Below are positions 1 through 10,578 of a DNA stretch of 64,000 nt, one piece after another (position 1 is the first letter of the stretch; each line of letters begins with the position of its first letter). The translations under genes and the position numbers were made by a program. The notes beneath the pieces were generated by a model, which was not told the DNA's origin, did not search any database, and saw nothing but the letters and a program-made list of their open reading frames with translations. The DNA is taken from the NCBI GenBank assembly GCA_035285545.1, contig JAYKGY010000135.1, positions 16,874 to 80,873 of the forward strand, given 5' to 3'. The stretch comes from Snowella sp. GTDB lineage: Bacteria; Cyanobacteriota; Cyanobacteriia; Cyanobacteriales; Microcystaceae.

Positions 1-65
1 CTATAATGCCAACCTAGTTAGCCATCCCTATCAATCCTGGTCATCTGATCCATTGAGTGAATGCT

Positions 66-99
66 AAAAAAGAAGGGTCTACTGGTTAAGGCAGATCCC
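66..99 (-). terminator. Possible intrinsic terminator downstream of ferredoxin
   Basis: Minus strand reads GGGAUCUGC...GUAGACCC (one bulge, one G-U) followed by UUCUUUUUU. Confidence 0.35.
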
Positions 100-184
100 C
101 CCTCGCTCAAGGAAGAAAATAATTTTAATGGCTTAAAAAGTAGCTTAATATTCTCTTCTGGGAATTAAAGTGAGATAAAAATCA

Positions 185-478
185 TTAGGGCTTCGTTTTA
201 ACTCTAATGGCACCATTAACAATCGTTTGACAGGCTAGACGGTAGGATTCTGGCTTTTTCTTCAAGACCCGTAGCTCAAAATCAGTTTTAGGAGAAAGAT
301 TTTCCATCCCTTCCACAATTTCCACAATGCAGGTTCCGCACTGGCCATAGCCCCCGCAATTCATTAATTTTCCTTTGAGCGTATAAATATCAATGCCATT
401 CTGTAACGCTTTCTCCCGTAAATTAGCTCCCTGAGCTACGATCACATCCTTATTCTCTTTGGTAAATGTAATGGTCAT
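185..478 (-). CDS. 2Fe-2S ferredoxin (adrenodoxin/bacterial type)
   Basis: [10 protein letters not shown] motif plus distal RLACQ Cys; 97 aa; GGAG RBS upstream. Confidence 0.92.
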   Translation of the reverse strand: MTITFTKENKDVIVAQGANLREKALQNGIDIYTLKGKLMNCGGYGQCGTCIVEIVEGMENLSPKTDFELRVLKKKPESYRLACQTIVNGAIRVKTKP

Positions 479-733
479 TTGCGCTCCTTAAAAAAATTAA
501 CTACCATAATATTAAGAAATTTTAATTAATTTTGCGAAACTTTTACGGTAGCAAGCTCAAAAATCTAGACAAGCGACAAAATCAATAACCCTTACCGCAT
601 CTCTCACCCGTAGCGATAGCCAAAAAACTCGTAAAAATGATTAATCCGGTCAACACTACGCCGACAATGGGTTTAAATGGCTGCTGACAGAGCTTTTTGT
701 CAAAACATGATGTCATTGAAATTTTTATTAAAA

Positions 734-2401
734 CTACCAAGTGACTTTTCCGGTGAGTTTTTGTAGCTTACTGTCTCCAATGCCAGACACTCGCTTTAAA
801 TCCGCTAAGGACGTAAATGGTTTTTCCTGTCGAGCCGCAATTATCCGATCAGCTAATTTGGAACCCACGCCAGGTAAGCTTTCTAACTCGTCTTTACTTG
901 CCGTATTCATGTTAATTAATGGGTTGGAACTGGCTGATGGGCTTAAGACTGGACTCGACGGTTGAGCCGAATTGATTGATCTCGCTCCACAGGTTTGCTT
1001 TTCTTTCGCGATCGCCGCTTGAACAAAATCGGGAATCCCCAAGGTTGCTTGCTGATATAACTGGTCAAATTCCCGTTGATAGTGGGCAGTAATGACCGGA
1101 TTATCGAGAATTAAAACTGTTTCATCATTGAGCCGATTCGCCGCATCCGACCAATTATGGGAACCCGCAATGACTAAATGGTTATCTATAATACCAACTT
1201 TATGGTGTAATTTGTCCCCTTTCGGTAAATTGGGAATGCCAACGGTTTGAACTGGGTTTGACCAGGGACGATTATTCAACTCGGCTCGGCAATTTTGCGT
1301 GAGTTCTACCCCCAATAGATCTAACCCTTCACTGTAGGGACGATAGGCAAATTCAGGATCGATTAACGCTTTGACTGCCACCCCATTTTGATGTTGAGCT
1401 TGTAACGCATCCGCTAAGCCTTGCTCACTTAAAACAAATAGGGCTAAGTTAACGGATTGATGGGCTTGGGAAAGGGTTTGAGCAATGAGTCCATTACTGG
1501 TGTCTGACCAGTCAACTTTGCGCGAATCAGGAGAAAATTTAACGGAAACCTGCGTTTGACCAATAGTAACAGTTTTTGTTGGCCGAAATGGTTTATTAAT
1601 CCCAAATCGGCTATCTTTTTGTCCGTCAGCCCCATCTCCCCACATGAAATTAAATTCTTCGGTGAAATATTGAGCGAGTTCAGGGGATTGAAGGATTAAT
1701 AGGTTATTGGCATTCCCCCTGGTATCTGGTCGGGTATAGTCTCCATGCTGATCGCTCAGGGTGAAATTGGCAGAGGTAACAATGACGGTTTTGCCATCTA
1801 CCACTAAAAATTTATGGTGCATCAAGCCTGTGCCTTTAGAACCATCTTCAGTGTCATCAATCACGGGAATTTGGCTATTTCTCAAAATGGTGATAGCATC
1901 CCGTTGCTGCATTTCCTCCAGACTTAATTGACCATCTTGATTGAGATCGACAAAGGCAAGATAATCTTCACGGCGATCGCGGGTTCGTTCGTTATCATCA
2001 GTTCCGGCGGCTGTACTCCCTGTCGCGATGGGCTGATTATAGAGATTTTCTAAAATGATTCGGACTTTAACACCGGCTTGTTGCTTCTTCACTAATGCCT
2101 GGGCAATTAACGGCAACCGCAATTCCTGTACGGCTAAATCGATTGTGCTTTCGGCTTTATCTAAAGTATCCAGAATAATTTGCTCTAAATTATCCCCTGC
2201 TCGTTTAATGTTGCGATAGGGATCGGTATAGTCTGCATCTTTGGCTAAATTATGGTTAAAGTAAACCTGAATAGCGGGATCTTGGGGTAAGGGATTGGGT
2301 CGCTGGCTGTTGGCCTTGGGGCTGATCCAGACAATTAAAACGGCGATCGCGATAATCACTCCCACAAATATCCCGATTCGGCCCAACTTAAACCCTTTCA
2401 T
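734..2401 (-). CDS. comA: Competence protein ComA/ComEA-like: phospholipase-D-family nuclease with C-terminal helix-hairpin-helix DNA-binding domain
   Basis: N-terminal TM anchor; two HxKxxxxD motifs (HHKFLVVD, HHKVGIID) followed by TSANF and GSHNW; C-terminal INMNTAS..LESLPGVG...SGIG HhH repeats. Confidence 0.88.
   Translation of the reverse strand: MKGFKLGRIGIFVGVIIAIAVLIVWISPKANSQRPNPLPQDPAIQVYFNHNLAKDADYTDPYRNIKRAGDNLEQIILDTLDKAESTIDLAVQELRLPLIAQALVKKQQAGVKVRIILENLYNQPIATGSTAAGTDDNERTRDRREDYLAFVDLNQDGQLSLEEMQQRDAITILRNSQIPVIDDTEDGSKGTGLMHHKFLVVDGKTVIVTSANFTLSDQHGDYTRPDTRGNANNLLILQSPELAQYFTEEFNFMWGDGADGQKDSRFGINKPFRPTKTVTIGQTQVSVKFSPDSRKVDWSDTSNGLIAQTLSQAHQSVNLALFVLSEQGLADALQAQHQNGVAVKALIDPEFAYRPYSEGLDLLGVELTQNCRAELNNRPWSNPVQTVGIPNLPKGDKLHHKVGIIDNHLVIAGSHNWSDAANRLNDETVLILDNPVITAHYQREFDQLYQQATLGIPDFVQAAIAKEKQTCGARSINSAQPSSPVLSPSASSNPLINMNTASKDELESLPGVGSKLADRIIAARQEKPFTSLADLKRVSGIGDSKLQKLTGKVTW
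1008..1015. repeat. HIP1 octamer GCGATCGC (example; dozens of copies across the window)
   Basis: Further copies at 1973, 2343, 15721, 28875, 44677, 61631 and elsewhere. Hallmark of many cyanobacterial genomes. Confidence 0.95.
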
Positions 2402-2600
2402 TCGTTACTCGTCTGGAATAATTGAATTACTCTTATTTCATCAGGATCGGTGAAAAAAGTAAATTGCTTTAATTGAGTTGATAAAAAAGCAATAGTTATG
2501 TTATCTAATTTTATTGGCAGAAAAAAGAATATATTATGATATTTTAGTGATTTAATTCTTCTTTTCTTTATTTTTGCTTATTTTTTGATAAAAACCAATT

Positions 2601-5600
2601 GTGAATAAATTTATTATTATTGATCATTCGCTCTGTAGTCTTCAAGGGCATCATTATGAATGTAGTGTCTCGGTTGCTGAAGCGGCTGCACGGTTAGGTT
2701 ATCAACCCGTCACTGTTGCCAATCGTGCATTTCCTGAATCCCTTTATCCTGAAGGTATTAAAACTCTGTCTGTCTTTGAACGGGATTGGTTTGATCAACC
2801 CACGGTTACACCATCCTTATCGAAATTTCAGCAGTTACTACTTACCTTAAATGACTTTTTCGGCGATCGCTCATTCGAGAACTGGAGCCAAGAACTTGTA
2901 GAATTCAAAAATTATTACTTTTTAAAATGGCGAATTACTCAGCCGAAATTATCCTTATTTTTAGAAAAAGTCGAAGGTAGCACCAGTCGATTAATAGATT
3001 GGATTAATCAAGATATTCAGTTATTGCGCTCTATACCTTTATCAAATACAGTCTGGGGGATTTTAAAAATTATTTGGGGTTTAATTCGTTTTGGGTTCAA
3101 AATTATTTTGAAGATTCTGAATCGTTTTTGGCAAAAATTGATCACTATTCCTGAAGCTAAAAGCTTTAGTGACAGTCTTAAAAATACCCTAAAAGAATTA
3201 AATCTTACTCCAGAAGATCATATTCTGATTCATACGCTCAGCATTGAACAACTAGAAGCTATCTATCATTTATTAGAATCTTGGGATATTAATAATTTAC
3301 CTCAATTTCATATTTTATTGCGGCGGGACACGGAAGATCCCTTAGTCCTTAATGCTCAGGGAATGGGCTTAAAAAGTTGTTTAAATACCTTTTATGAAAA
3401 ACAATTTTGGCCTGAGAAAATTCGCTTCTATACCGATACAGAAGATTTAGTCAGCAGACATAATGAACTTAGTCCGATTCAGTTAATACAAGTTGCAATT
3501 CCTTTCCGCCAAGAAAAATTACGAGATCATGCAACTCAAAATAATGAAGTCTTGGAAAATATCAATAAACCTATTCATTTAGTTTATTTAGGAGATGCGC
3601 GTTCTGAAAAAGGTTATCATCATTTACCCAGTTTAATTGAGAATCTTTGGACAGATTATTTAGAACCTGAAAAAATTAAATTTACTATTCAATCTAATTT
3701 CAATATTAATGGTGGTGAGTCTGTTGTTTTAGACGCAAAGTTAAAATTAGAACAATATCCCAGTAGGAACGTCCAATTAATTCAAGAAGCCATGCTTCCT
3801 GATGAATATTATCAGCTATTGAACTCGGCTGATTTGGTAATTTTGCCCTACAATCCTGAGAGTTATCAAAGAACTTCTGGCGTTTTAACAGAAGCTTTAG
3901 CCGCAGGAAAACCCGTTGTTGTTCCTGAAAATAGTTGGTTAGCCCAACAAGTGGATGAATCGAGGGCTGTCATTTTTGAATCTCCTGAAACATTAGCTAG
4001 TTCTGTTATTCAAGCCATTAATAATTTAGACGAGTTAACTAAAGCCGCTAATGCTTATAAATTAGAATGGCGAGTTAAACAATCCCCTGACACTTTTGTA
4101 AAATGTTTACTAGAAAAGCCTGATTTCTCTCCTCAAAATACTTCAGCATTAAATAAAAATTTAGATAATGCTCAAGAAACGCAAGAGGCTTTCAATTTAA
4201 TTAAATCTGATCAAAACATTTTAATTATTTTAGAAATTCAAAAAATTCTAAAACAACAGGAATTAGCATTATTATCCGAAACAATTATTAACTACTTATT
4301 CCAATGTAGCTATGCTGTCTATGGGATCTTTTATTTAAATCCTCGAAAATATCAAGAGCAGGATTTAGATTTATTCAGTCAAAAAATAAGAATTATTATT
4401 GATCAATTTAACTTTGCAAAATATTGGTTGCTTGATTCGTTGACGGATATTCAAATTCCTAGCCAAATTAATGCTCAAGATTATATTGATGATTTGTATT
4501 GCCATCGAACTAGCCTCATCCGAGATTTAGTAGAGTTAAACAGTTTCCCTACCTCTGAAGATTTAAAACAGTCCTTATCTGCTATATCAATTAACACTAT
4601 TTTCCTCAATGAAATTCCTGCTATAGCTTTAATTGAAAAGTTAGGGTTGAGCCAGATTTCTAAAATTGTTGAAGTTAATTCCCTTCAATCCTTTGATTAT
4701 GCCTTACAAAATAAACGCGATCGCGACCTAAATGAATTAGCATTAGAAACCAATTTATTAAATCAATGCCAAGTATTAATTACACCTGAGCAGAAACTAG
4801 CCGAAAAATTACGAGAGTTAACGAATCAACCGACTGTTTACGCTTATTTAGGGAATCAAAAGAATTCACAGCCCAGTAAACAGTATTATGCAACGCTCAA
4901 TAACGTATTTACGGATATTTTCGGCGATCGCGCTTTAACCCTTAACAACCTTAATCAAACTCAAAAAATTGCGGTTTTGTTTCCTTGGGCAGATATCCTA
5001 GAACGCAAAAGTGGAGCCAGTCAGCGCGTGGGTTTATTGCTCGATTACCTGCGATCGCAAAACTACGATGTTGCCTGTTTTAGCATCGGCGATCGTAAAC
5101 CCTTCTGGCACAGCGACATTTATTATGATTATTTTCAACCTCGTTTTGAACAAGCCAATTTAGTCCAAGGCATTTATGAAGATGCCTATGAATCTTGGCG
5201 TTCATCCGTAGATTTAATCACTGAGCAATTATCAGAAAAAATTGAGATTACAGACCAGAATAATCCTGAAACTAATTGGATACCTTGGATTTATTATCAA
5301 TTCCGTTTTGATCCTGCTTTCCATGAGTGGATCGAAAAAATCACGAACTGGGCGGATGTTGTTATTTTGGAATATCCCTTTTGGGCAAAAATCGTCGGCA
5401 AAATCTGTCAAAACAAAGAAATTCCCTTAATCTTAACGGCTCATGATGTATTGTCTCAAAAATTAGATGAAAACTCTGTACTTGGAAAAATTGCGTTAGC
5501 CGAAGAAATTGAAGCCTTAAAGCAAGCCAATGAGGTTGTGACCTTATCAGAACCCGATCAACGATTTTTTCAGCAATATGGGGTTAATTCCCACTGCGTT

Positions 5601-6203
5601 CCCATTGGCATTGATACCCAAAAAATTAGCCAATTTTGTTTAAATGAACCGAACATTAAAAATCCTGAAGATTTAGAAACTCTAGCCCAACTTCCTGCTG
5701 ATTTCTGTCTTTTTGTCGGTAGTCGCCACCAACCGAATATCGAAGCCGTCCAGCAAATTCGTCATTGGGTCGCAGAAGCGGAACTAAAGGGGCAACCGTT
5801 CAATTATGATTTCGCGATCGCGGGGGGATGTTGGGAACAAGAGAGCCTGAAAAACTTCCAATCTTTAGGAAAAGTTAGCGATGAGGTACTTAATTATCTG
5901 TATCAAAACGCGGCGTTAATCGTTTCTCCTCTAAAAGCAGGAACGGGAATGTCAGTGAAAATTATTGAAGCAATGGCCTATGGTAAAGTGATTCTGGGAA
6001 CAACGGTCAGCTTTCGGGGCTACCCTGTTGAGTCGGGGGTTAACTGTATTATTTGTGATACCGTAGAAAACTATCCTGATGTAATTAGGGATTTACTCAA
6101 AGATCCAGCAAGATTAAAAAGTATTGGAAAAAATGCTCAAATCTTTGCTCAAAATTACGATTATCGTCGTTTATATCAAACCTATTTAGATTTAATAACA
6201 TGA
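2601..6203 (+). CDS. Large multi-domain GT4 (GT-B) glycosyltransferase
   Basis: Two GT4 C-terminal signatures: YLGDARSEKG...SGVLTEALAAGKPVV, and FVGS...GTGMSVKIIEAMAYGKVIL. GTG start. Confidence 0.85.
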   Translation: MNKFIIIDHSLCSLQGHHYECSVSVAEAAARLGYQPVTVANRAFPESLYPEGIKTLSVFERDWFDQPTVTPSLSKFQQLLLTLNDFFGDRSFENWSQELVEFKNYYFLKWRITQPKLSLFLEKVEGSTSRLIDWINQDIQLLRSIPLSNTVWGILKIIWGLIRFGFKIILKILNRFWQKLITIPEAKSFSDSLKNTLKELNLTPEDHILIHTLSIEQLEAIYHLLESWDINNLPQFHILLRRDTEDPLVLNAQGMGLKSCLNTFYEKQFWPEKIRFYTDTEDLVSRHNELSPIQLIQVAIPFRQEKLRDHATQNNEVLENINKPIHLVYLGDARSEKGYHHLPSLIENLWTDYLEPEKIKFTIQSNFNINGGESVVLDAKLKLEQYPSRNVQLIQEAMLPDEYYQLLNSADLVILPYNPESYQRTSGVLTEALAAGKPVVVPENSWLAQQVDESRAVIFESPETLASSVIQAINNLDELTKAANAYKLEWRVKQSPDTFVKCLLEKPDFSPQNTSALNKNLDNAQETQEAFNLIKSDQNILIILEIQKILKQQELALLSETIINYLFQCSYAVYGIFYLNPRKYQEQDLDLFSQKIRIIIDQFNFAKYWLLDSLTDIQIPSQINAQDYIDDLYCHRTSLIRDLVELNSFPTSEDLKQSLSAISINTIFLNEIPAIALIEKLGLSQISKIVEVNSLQSFDYALQNKRDRDLNELALETNLLNQCQVLITPEQKLAEKLRELTNQPTVYAYLGNQKNSQPSKQYYATLNNVFTDIFGDRALTLNNLNQTQKIAVLFPWADILERKSGASQRVGLLLDYLRSQNYDVACFSIGDRKPFWHSDIYYDYFQPRFEQANLVQGIYEDAYESWRSSVDLITEQLSEKIEITDQNNPETNWIPWIYYQFRFDPAFHEWIEKITNWADVVILEYPFWAKIVGKICQNKEIPLILTAHDVLSQKLDENSVLGKIALAEEIEALKQANEVVTLSEPDQRFFQQYGVNSHCVPIGIDTQKISQFCLNEPNIKNPEDLETLAQLPADFCLFVGSRHQPNIEAVQQIRHWVAEAELKGQPFNYDFAIAGGCWEQESLKNFQSLGKVSDEVLNYLYQNAALIVSPLKAGTGMSVKIIEAMAYGKVILGTTVSFRGYPVESGVNCIICDTVENYPDVIRDLLKDPARLKSIGKNAQIFAQNYDYRRLYQTYLDLIT

Positions 6204-9193
6204 AAGTTTTAATTGCGGATTTTGATCTATTTGCCAAAGTCGGTGGAGGTCAAACCTTTTATCGCAGCATTATTTTAAAAAATCCCCAAATTGACTTTTA
6301 TTATTTAGCCGAAAAAGAAAGCTCAACCGTCCAACGCCCAACGAATGCCCATCCAATTCCCTTCCAAGAAAAATATATTAAAGCGGATTTAAATAACTTT
6401 TTTGATGTTAATCCCCCTAAATGGGTTTATACCTCTTTTGTTCGGGCTAGTAATATTGCTTATTCTGTCGCAGGAATGCAATTTGATATTATTGATTCTC
6501 CCGATTATGAACAATGGGGAATTTTCCTTCATGCCGCGCTGAAATACCATCAAGTTAAATTTAATAAAATTGCCCTTTCGTTACATGGTAAAATTTCAAC
6601 CACACTGTTATTAGATTGGTTTAATCAAGGCAAAGAGAATATTCCCTTATTAGTCGAAGAAGAAAAACAATACGCGACGGTTGATCTCCGTTATGGCATT
6701 AGTAAAAGCTATATTGAAGAGTGGGCAAAGATTAGTCCTTTAACGACCCATTATTATCATCCCTTACACTTTTTTGATTTACCCAAACCCGTTACCGAAG
6801 TTTCCATTGATGATCCTTTAAATCTCAATTTTATTGGACGAACCGAACGCCGCAAAGGCCCGGATATTTTTATTGATCTAGTGCTTTGGTTGCCCCGCGC
6901 TCAGTATCAGCAAGCTAACATTATTGGCCCCCATAGTTTTGATGAAACGGGAACCATTTCTTCCCAAAGCTTTTTACAATCCATGATTCATTATCGTAAA
7001 GAGGAAATTCATTTTATTCCGCCCAAAACGCAAGCGAATTTAATGACCCTATTTACGCAAAAAGGAATTACGTTTGTTCCTTCCCGTTACGATACGCTTA
7101 ATTTGGTTGCCTTGGAATCCTTATTTTCAGGCTGTCCGACAGTGATCGGAAGCGGAGCAGGGGTTTGTCGCTTTTTGGAAGAGAATTTTAGCCACATTCC
7201 TTTCGTCAAGGTTGATATTACCAATCCCCACACTTGTTTACCAGAAATTGAGAAAATTTTAGTTAATTATTCTGAGTATCGTTGTCAATTAGTCGAAAGT
7301 ATTCAATCGACGCAATGGGTCATTAATGATCCCCCTTTAGCTGAAATTTATGAACAACCGAGTCATTGCAATCAGGAAATTCGGGATGAATTAAGTGCTT
7401 GGTACAATCAATTAATGGGATATTGGCGTTCTACTCAGGAGAATACCTCTTTTCTCCATCCCATCCGTTCTCAAGTAAAACCCACGGTGAAGAAAGCCGT
7501 TAAACAATTTAAATCTACTCTTTGCCCCGTTAAAGATAAATTATTAGATCCCCTGAGAAATGACTATAATGCCCAACTAGCAAAATCTCCTTTATTACTC
7601 CAAAAGTATGCCAAAACTTTTAATGAACCAGAGCAAACCAGTCAGGAATTAGAGAAAAAATTAGAAGATCTCTGGCGAATTGGATCGGGTTACAAATCAG
7701 AATTGCTGGGTGTGCGGGGTAAATTAACCATTAACTATCGGATCGATCGCGTCCGCTTGTGGCGAGAGTTGGCACGGGTTGAAGAATTACGGGGCAATAC
7801 CCTAGTAACGGCAACCTATAAACTACGGGCAATGCGGGCGTTAGGAACCGATCAATTTGGCGATTTACCATTTGTATTGCGGATATTGCAAGAGAAGGGT
7901 TTTAGCAAAGAAGCCGCAGCCGTTTCTGCCTTGTATAGCCAACCGTCGGAACGAGAAAACCGTTGTTTTGAATTAATTGAGCAGGCAAGATTAGATAATT
8001 TACACAATCCTGCCAAGGATGAATACGAAATTTGGGACGATCGCCGAGAAAATAAGGACTACCGAGCCACAATCATTGTGTCGCTGTATAATGCGGCAGC
8101 CAAGTTGCCCCTGTTTTTACAAACGCTGAAATATCAAACCCTGATTCAACGGGGAGAAGCCGAGGTTGTTTTAGTCGATAGCGGTTCACCGACGAATGAA
8201 TATGAAGTCTTTCAACAATTGGCTCCTGAATTGGGTTATCCGATTTTGTATGCGAGATCACCCCAACGGGAAACCATTCAGAGTGCTTGGAATCGGGGCA
8301 TTAAATTAGCGCGATCGCCGTACTTGGCCTTTTTGGGAGTGGATGAAACCATTCTGCCCGACTGTTTGGAAGTCCTCGCCGCCGAATTAGACCGCGATTC
8401 CCAATTAGATTGGGTAATTGGCCACAGTTTAGTGACCAATGTTGACCCACAAGGACGTTGGGTAAACGACATCATGACCTATGACCGCACAGGCTACGAA
8501 CAGGATTTGGTGTATCTGGAAACCTGCTATCTCTCTTGGGTGGGAGCCTTGTACCGTAAATCCATCCACGACCGTTTTGGCTACTACGATCAAAGTTTTC
8601 GAGGCGCAGGGGATACGGAATTTAAAAATCGGGTGATGCCCTATATCAAGAGCAAGGCGGTTGATCGGGTTCTGGGTTTATTTTGGAACTATCCCGATGA
8701 GCGTACTACCCAAAGCCCCAATGCGGAAATTGAGGATATGCGGGCTTGGTATTTGCACCGTACCCTCGCGGGCGTGAAATATGCCTTTAGTCAGCGATCG
8801 CCGCAAGAAGTCGAAAATTTACTCTATCATTGCCTCGCCTATCGTAAGTCCTACTGCGGCCACATCAGTACGGATTTTGATCATGCCTATAACTTAGCTT
8901 TGTATCTGCAATCTATCGCGCCTGAATCCCCCGCTCTTAAGTATTTTACAGGCATTAAAAGCTTGTTAAATTCCTATCGAGGTTTAGATTGGATGCCCAA
9001 ATTATCCCAGTTTGGCTCCTTTACCACCGTTCGAGAAACGCGCCAACTAACCCAAGCCTTAGAACAAGAACATCGACAGTCTTGGCCCAGCGATCGCGCC
9101 TTTATTCCTACCTATAGAATCTTTAATGATAACCGTCACGAACAACACGCCTTTTTGTGGTTTACGGATATCGCAGATAATAAAAAATCATAA
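6200..9193 (+). CDS. Fused GT4 + GT2 glycosyltransferase
   Basis: N-terminal GT4 (FIGRTERRKG, PSRYDTLNLVALESLFSGCP). C-terminal GT2 (TIIVSLYN, VLVDSGS, SAWNRGI, FLGVDE, GDTEF). ATGA overlap with the upstream gene. Confidence 0.85.
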   Translation: MKVLIADFDLFAKVGGGQTFYRSIILKNPQIDFYYLAEKESSTVQRPTNAHPIPFQEKYIKADLNNFFDVNPPKWVYTSFVRASNIAYSVAGMQFDIIDSPDYEQWGIFLHAALKYHQVKFNKIALSLHGKISTTLLLDWFNQGKENIPLLVEEEKQYATVDLRYGISKSYIEEWAKISPLTTHYYHPLHFFDLPKPVTEVSIDDPLNLNFIGRTERRKGPDIFIDLVLWLPRAQYQQANIIGPHSFDETGTISSQSFLQSMIHYRKEEIHFIPPKTQANLMTLFTQKGITFVPSRYDTLNLVALESLFSGCPTVIGSGAGVCRFLEENFSHIPFVKVDITNPHTCLPEIEKILVNYSEYRCQLVESIQSTQWVINDPPLAEIYEQPSHCNQEIRDELSAWYNQLMGYWRSTQENTSFLHPIRSQVKPTVKKAVKQFKSTLCPVKDKLLDPLRNDYNAQLAKSPLLLQKYAKTFNEPEQTSQELEKKLEDLWRIGSGYKSELLGVRGKLTINYRIDRVRLWRELARVEELRGNTLVTATYKLRAMRALGTDQFGDLPFVLRILQEKGFSKEAAAVSALYSQPSERENRCFELIEQARLDNLHNPAKDEYEIWDDRRENKDYRATIIVSLYNAAAKLPLFLQTLKYQTLIQRGEAEVVLVDSGSPTNEYEVFQQLAPELGYPILYARSPQRETIQSAWNRGIKLARSPYLAFLGVDETILPDCLEVLAAELDRDSQLDWVIGHSLVTNVDPQGRWVNDIMTYDRTGYEQDLVYLETCYLSWVGALYRKSIHDRFGYYDQSFRGAGDTEFKNRVMPYIKSKAVDRVLGLFWNYPDERTTQSPNAEIEDMRAWYLHRTLAGVKYAFSQRSPQEVENLLYHCLAYRKSYCGHISTDFDHAYNLALYLQSIAPESPALKYFTGIKSLLNSYRGLDWMPKLSQFGSFTTVRETRQLTQALEQEHRQSWPSDRAFIPTYRIFNDNRHEQHAFLWFTDIADNKKS

Positions 9194-9210
9194 ACCCTCA
9201 GTAAAATCCG

Positions 9211-10557
9211 ATGGCAAAAAACATTTTTATCTCCAAAAATTGGTTACAAATTATTCTTGCCATTGTTATTGTTATTTCCATTATTGGTATTTTAGCCCTT
9301 AGAATTTACGCCATTTATAATACGGTTTCTATTCATACTTGGGATGATATCGGTTATCGCAACTATGCCATTGAATCAGCTAATTATATCGGTAATATTA
9401 GTAAAGCTTTACAGGATGTTTTTCTACCGAATGCAGATCTATTAGATAATAGTCGAGCCATTGGTTATCACAGTTGGTTAGTTTTATTTTTAAAATTAAG
9501 AATTTCGGGGAATCCAGAACAAGTCTTTCAATTAGCCAATTTAGGATTATTAATTTTTCAAGCAATTATTCTATTTATTTTTGCGAAATGGTCAACCAAA
9601 AGTCAATTATTTGCAGGAACGCTGACTTTTTTATATTTATCTTCACCGATTGTTTTTGGGTTAAATCGATGGGTAATGACGGAAAATTATGTGATGCTTG
9701 GCTTGCTAGTTTTTAGTTGCATCCCCATTTGGTTATTTAGTCAGGATTTTCGTCCCTTGTATCGTCGAGAAATTTTGGCCGGAATCGGTGGAGCTTGGTT
9801 AATCGGGATGTTTGGAACGATTCGGGAATACGCTTTACCCAGTTTCTTTTTAACCGCGATCGCGACCAGTATGGGATTAATTTGGCAAAAGCGGCTTGAT
9901 GCTTTTTTAAGTTTTACGATTATTTTTGCAATTTGTTGTTTAACGTTTTTGGAAGGTTGGGTGCAACTGTTTAAGTTAAGTCGTTATCGCGTCACCCAAT
10001 CCGAATATTATCATCCCCTTCAAGAATGGATTCCCCACTTTTTTGTTCATGTTATTGGGATAGCATTAGCCGTCTTTTTATTGGTGAATATAGTTATTAT
10101 AGGAATTAATATTTATCAAAATTACCAATCAAAACAATGGGATTTTAAACAATTCAAACTTGACTTAAGCTCTATTAGATTCAATCAAGGAAATAATCCC
10201 CTGCAATTATTGTGGTTAACTAATTTCAGTCTAGTGTTGCTTTATAGCTTTATTATTCTCATATCCCAAAGTCGTCAGGCGAGGGCTGGAATTTTGTTGA
10301 TATTTTCATTATTGAGCTTGATTTTAATTAGTATTCGTTATTTTAATATTTCCGAGAAAATTTTCAAAGCTTCTTGGTTTAATTTTATTTCTCTGATTTT
10401 AATTTTTTTATCCTGGGGAATTACCTATCATCAATTATTTATTGCTTTTGATGGGGGAAAAAGCTATACCCATACAGCCTATGATTTAGAATACTATAAC
10501 CATCCTCTATATTTACGCCCTTTAAGAAGTCCTGAAGACATGCACACCGAGTTATAA
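9211..10557 (+). CDS. Polytopic membrane protein, probable GT-C (ArnT/PMT-like) glycosyltransferase
   Basis: About 11 TM helices; acidic WDD motif in the first external loop; conserved-type TEN and RE motifs; GT operon context. Confidence 0.55.
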   Translation: MAKNIFISKNWLQIILAIVIVISIIGILALRIYAIYNTVSIHTWDDIGYRNYAIESANYIGNISKALQDVFLPNADLLDNSRAIGYHSWLVLFLKLRISGNPEQVFQLANLGLLIFQAIILFIFAKWSTKSQLFAGTLTFLYLSSPIVFGLNRWVMTENYVMLGLLVFSCIPIWLFSQDFRPLYRREILAGIGGAWLIGMFGTIREYALPSFFLTAIATSMGLIWQKRLDAFLSFTIIFAICCLTFLEGWVQLFKLSRYRVTQSEYYHPLQEWIPHFFVHVIGIALAVFLLVNIVIIGINIYQNYQSKQWDFKQFKLDLSSIRFNQGNNPLQLLWLTNFSLVLLYSFIILISQSRQARAGILLIFSLLSLILISIRYFNISEKIFKASWFNFISLILIFLSWGITYHQLFIAFDGGKSYTHTAYDLEYYNHPLYLRPLRSPEDMHTEL

Positions 10558-10578
10558 ATAAAGAATTTTACAACTATT

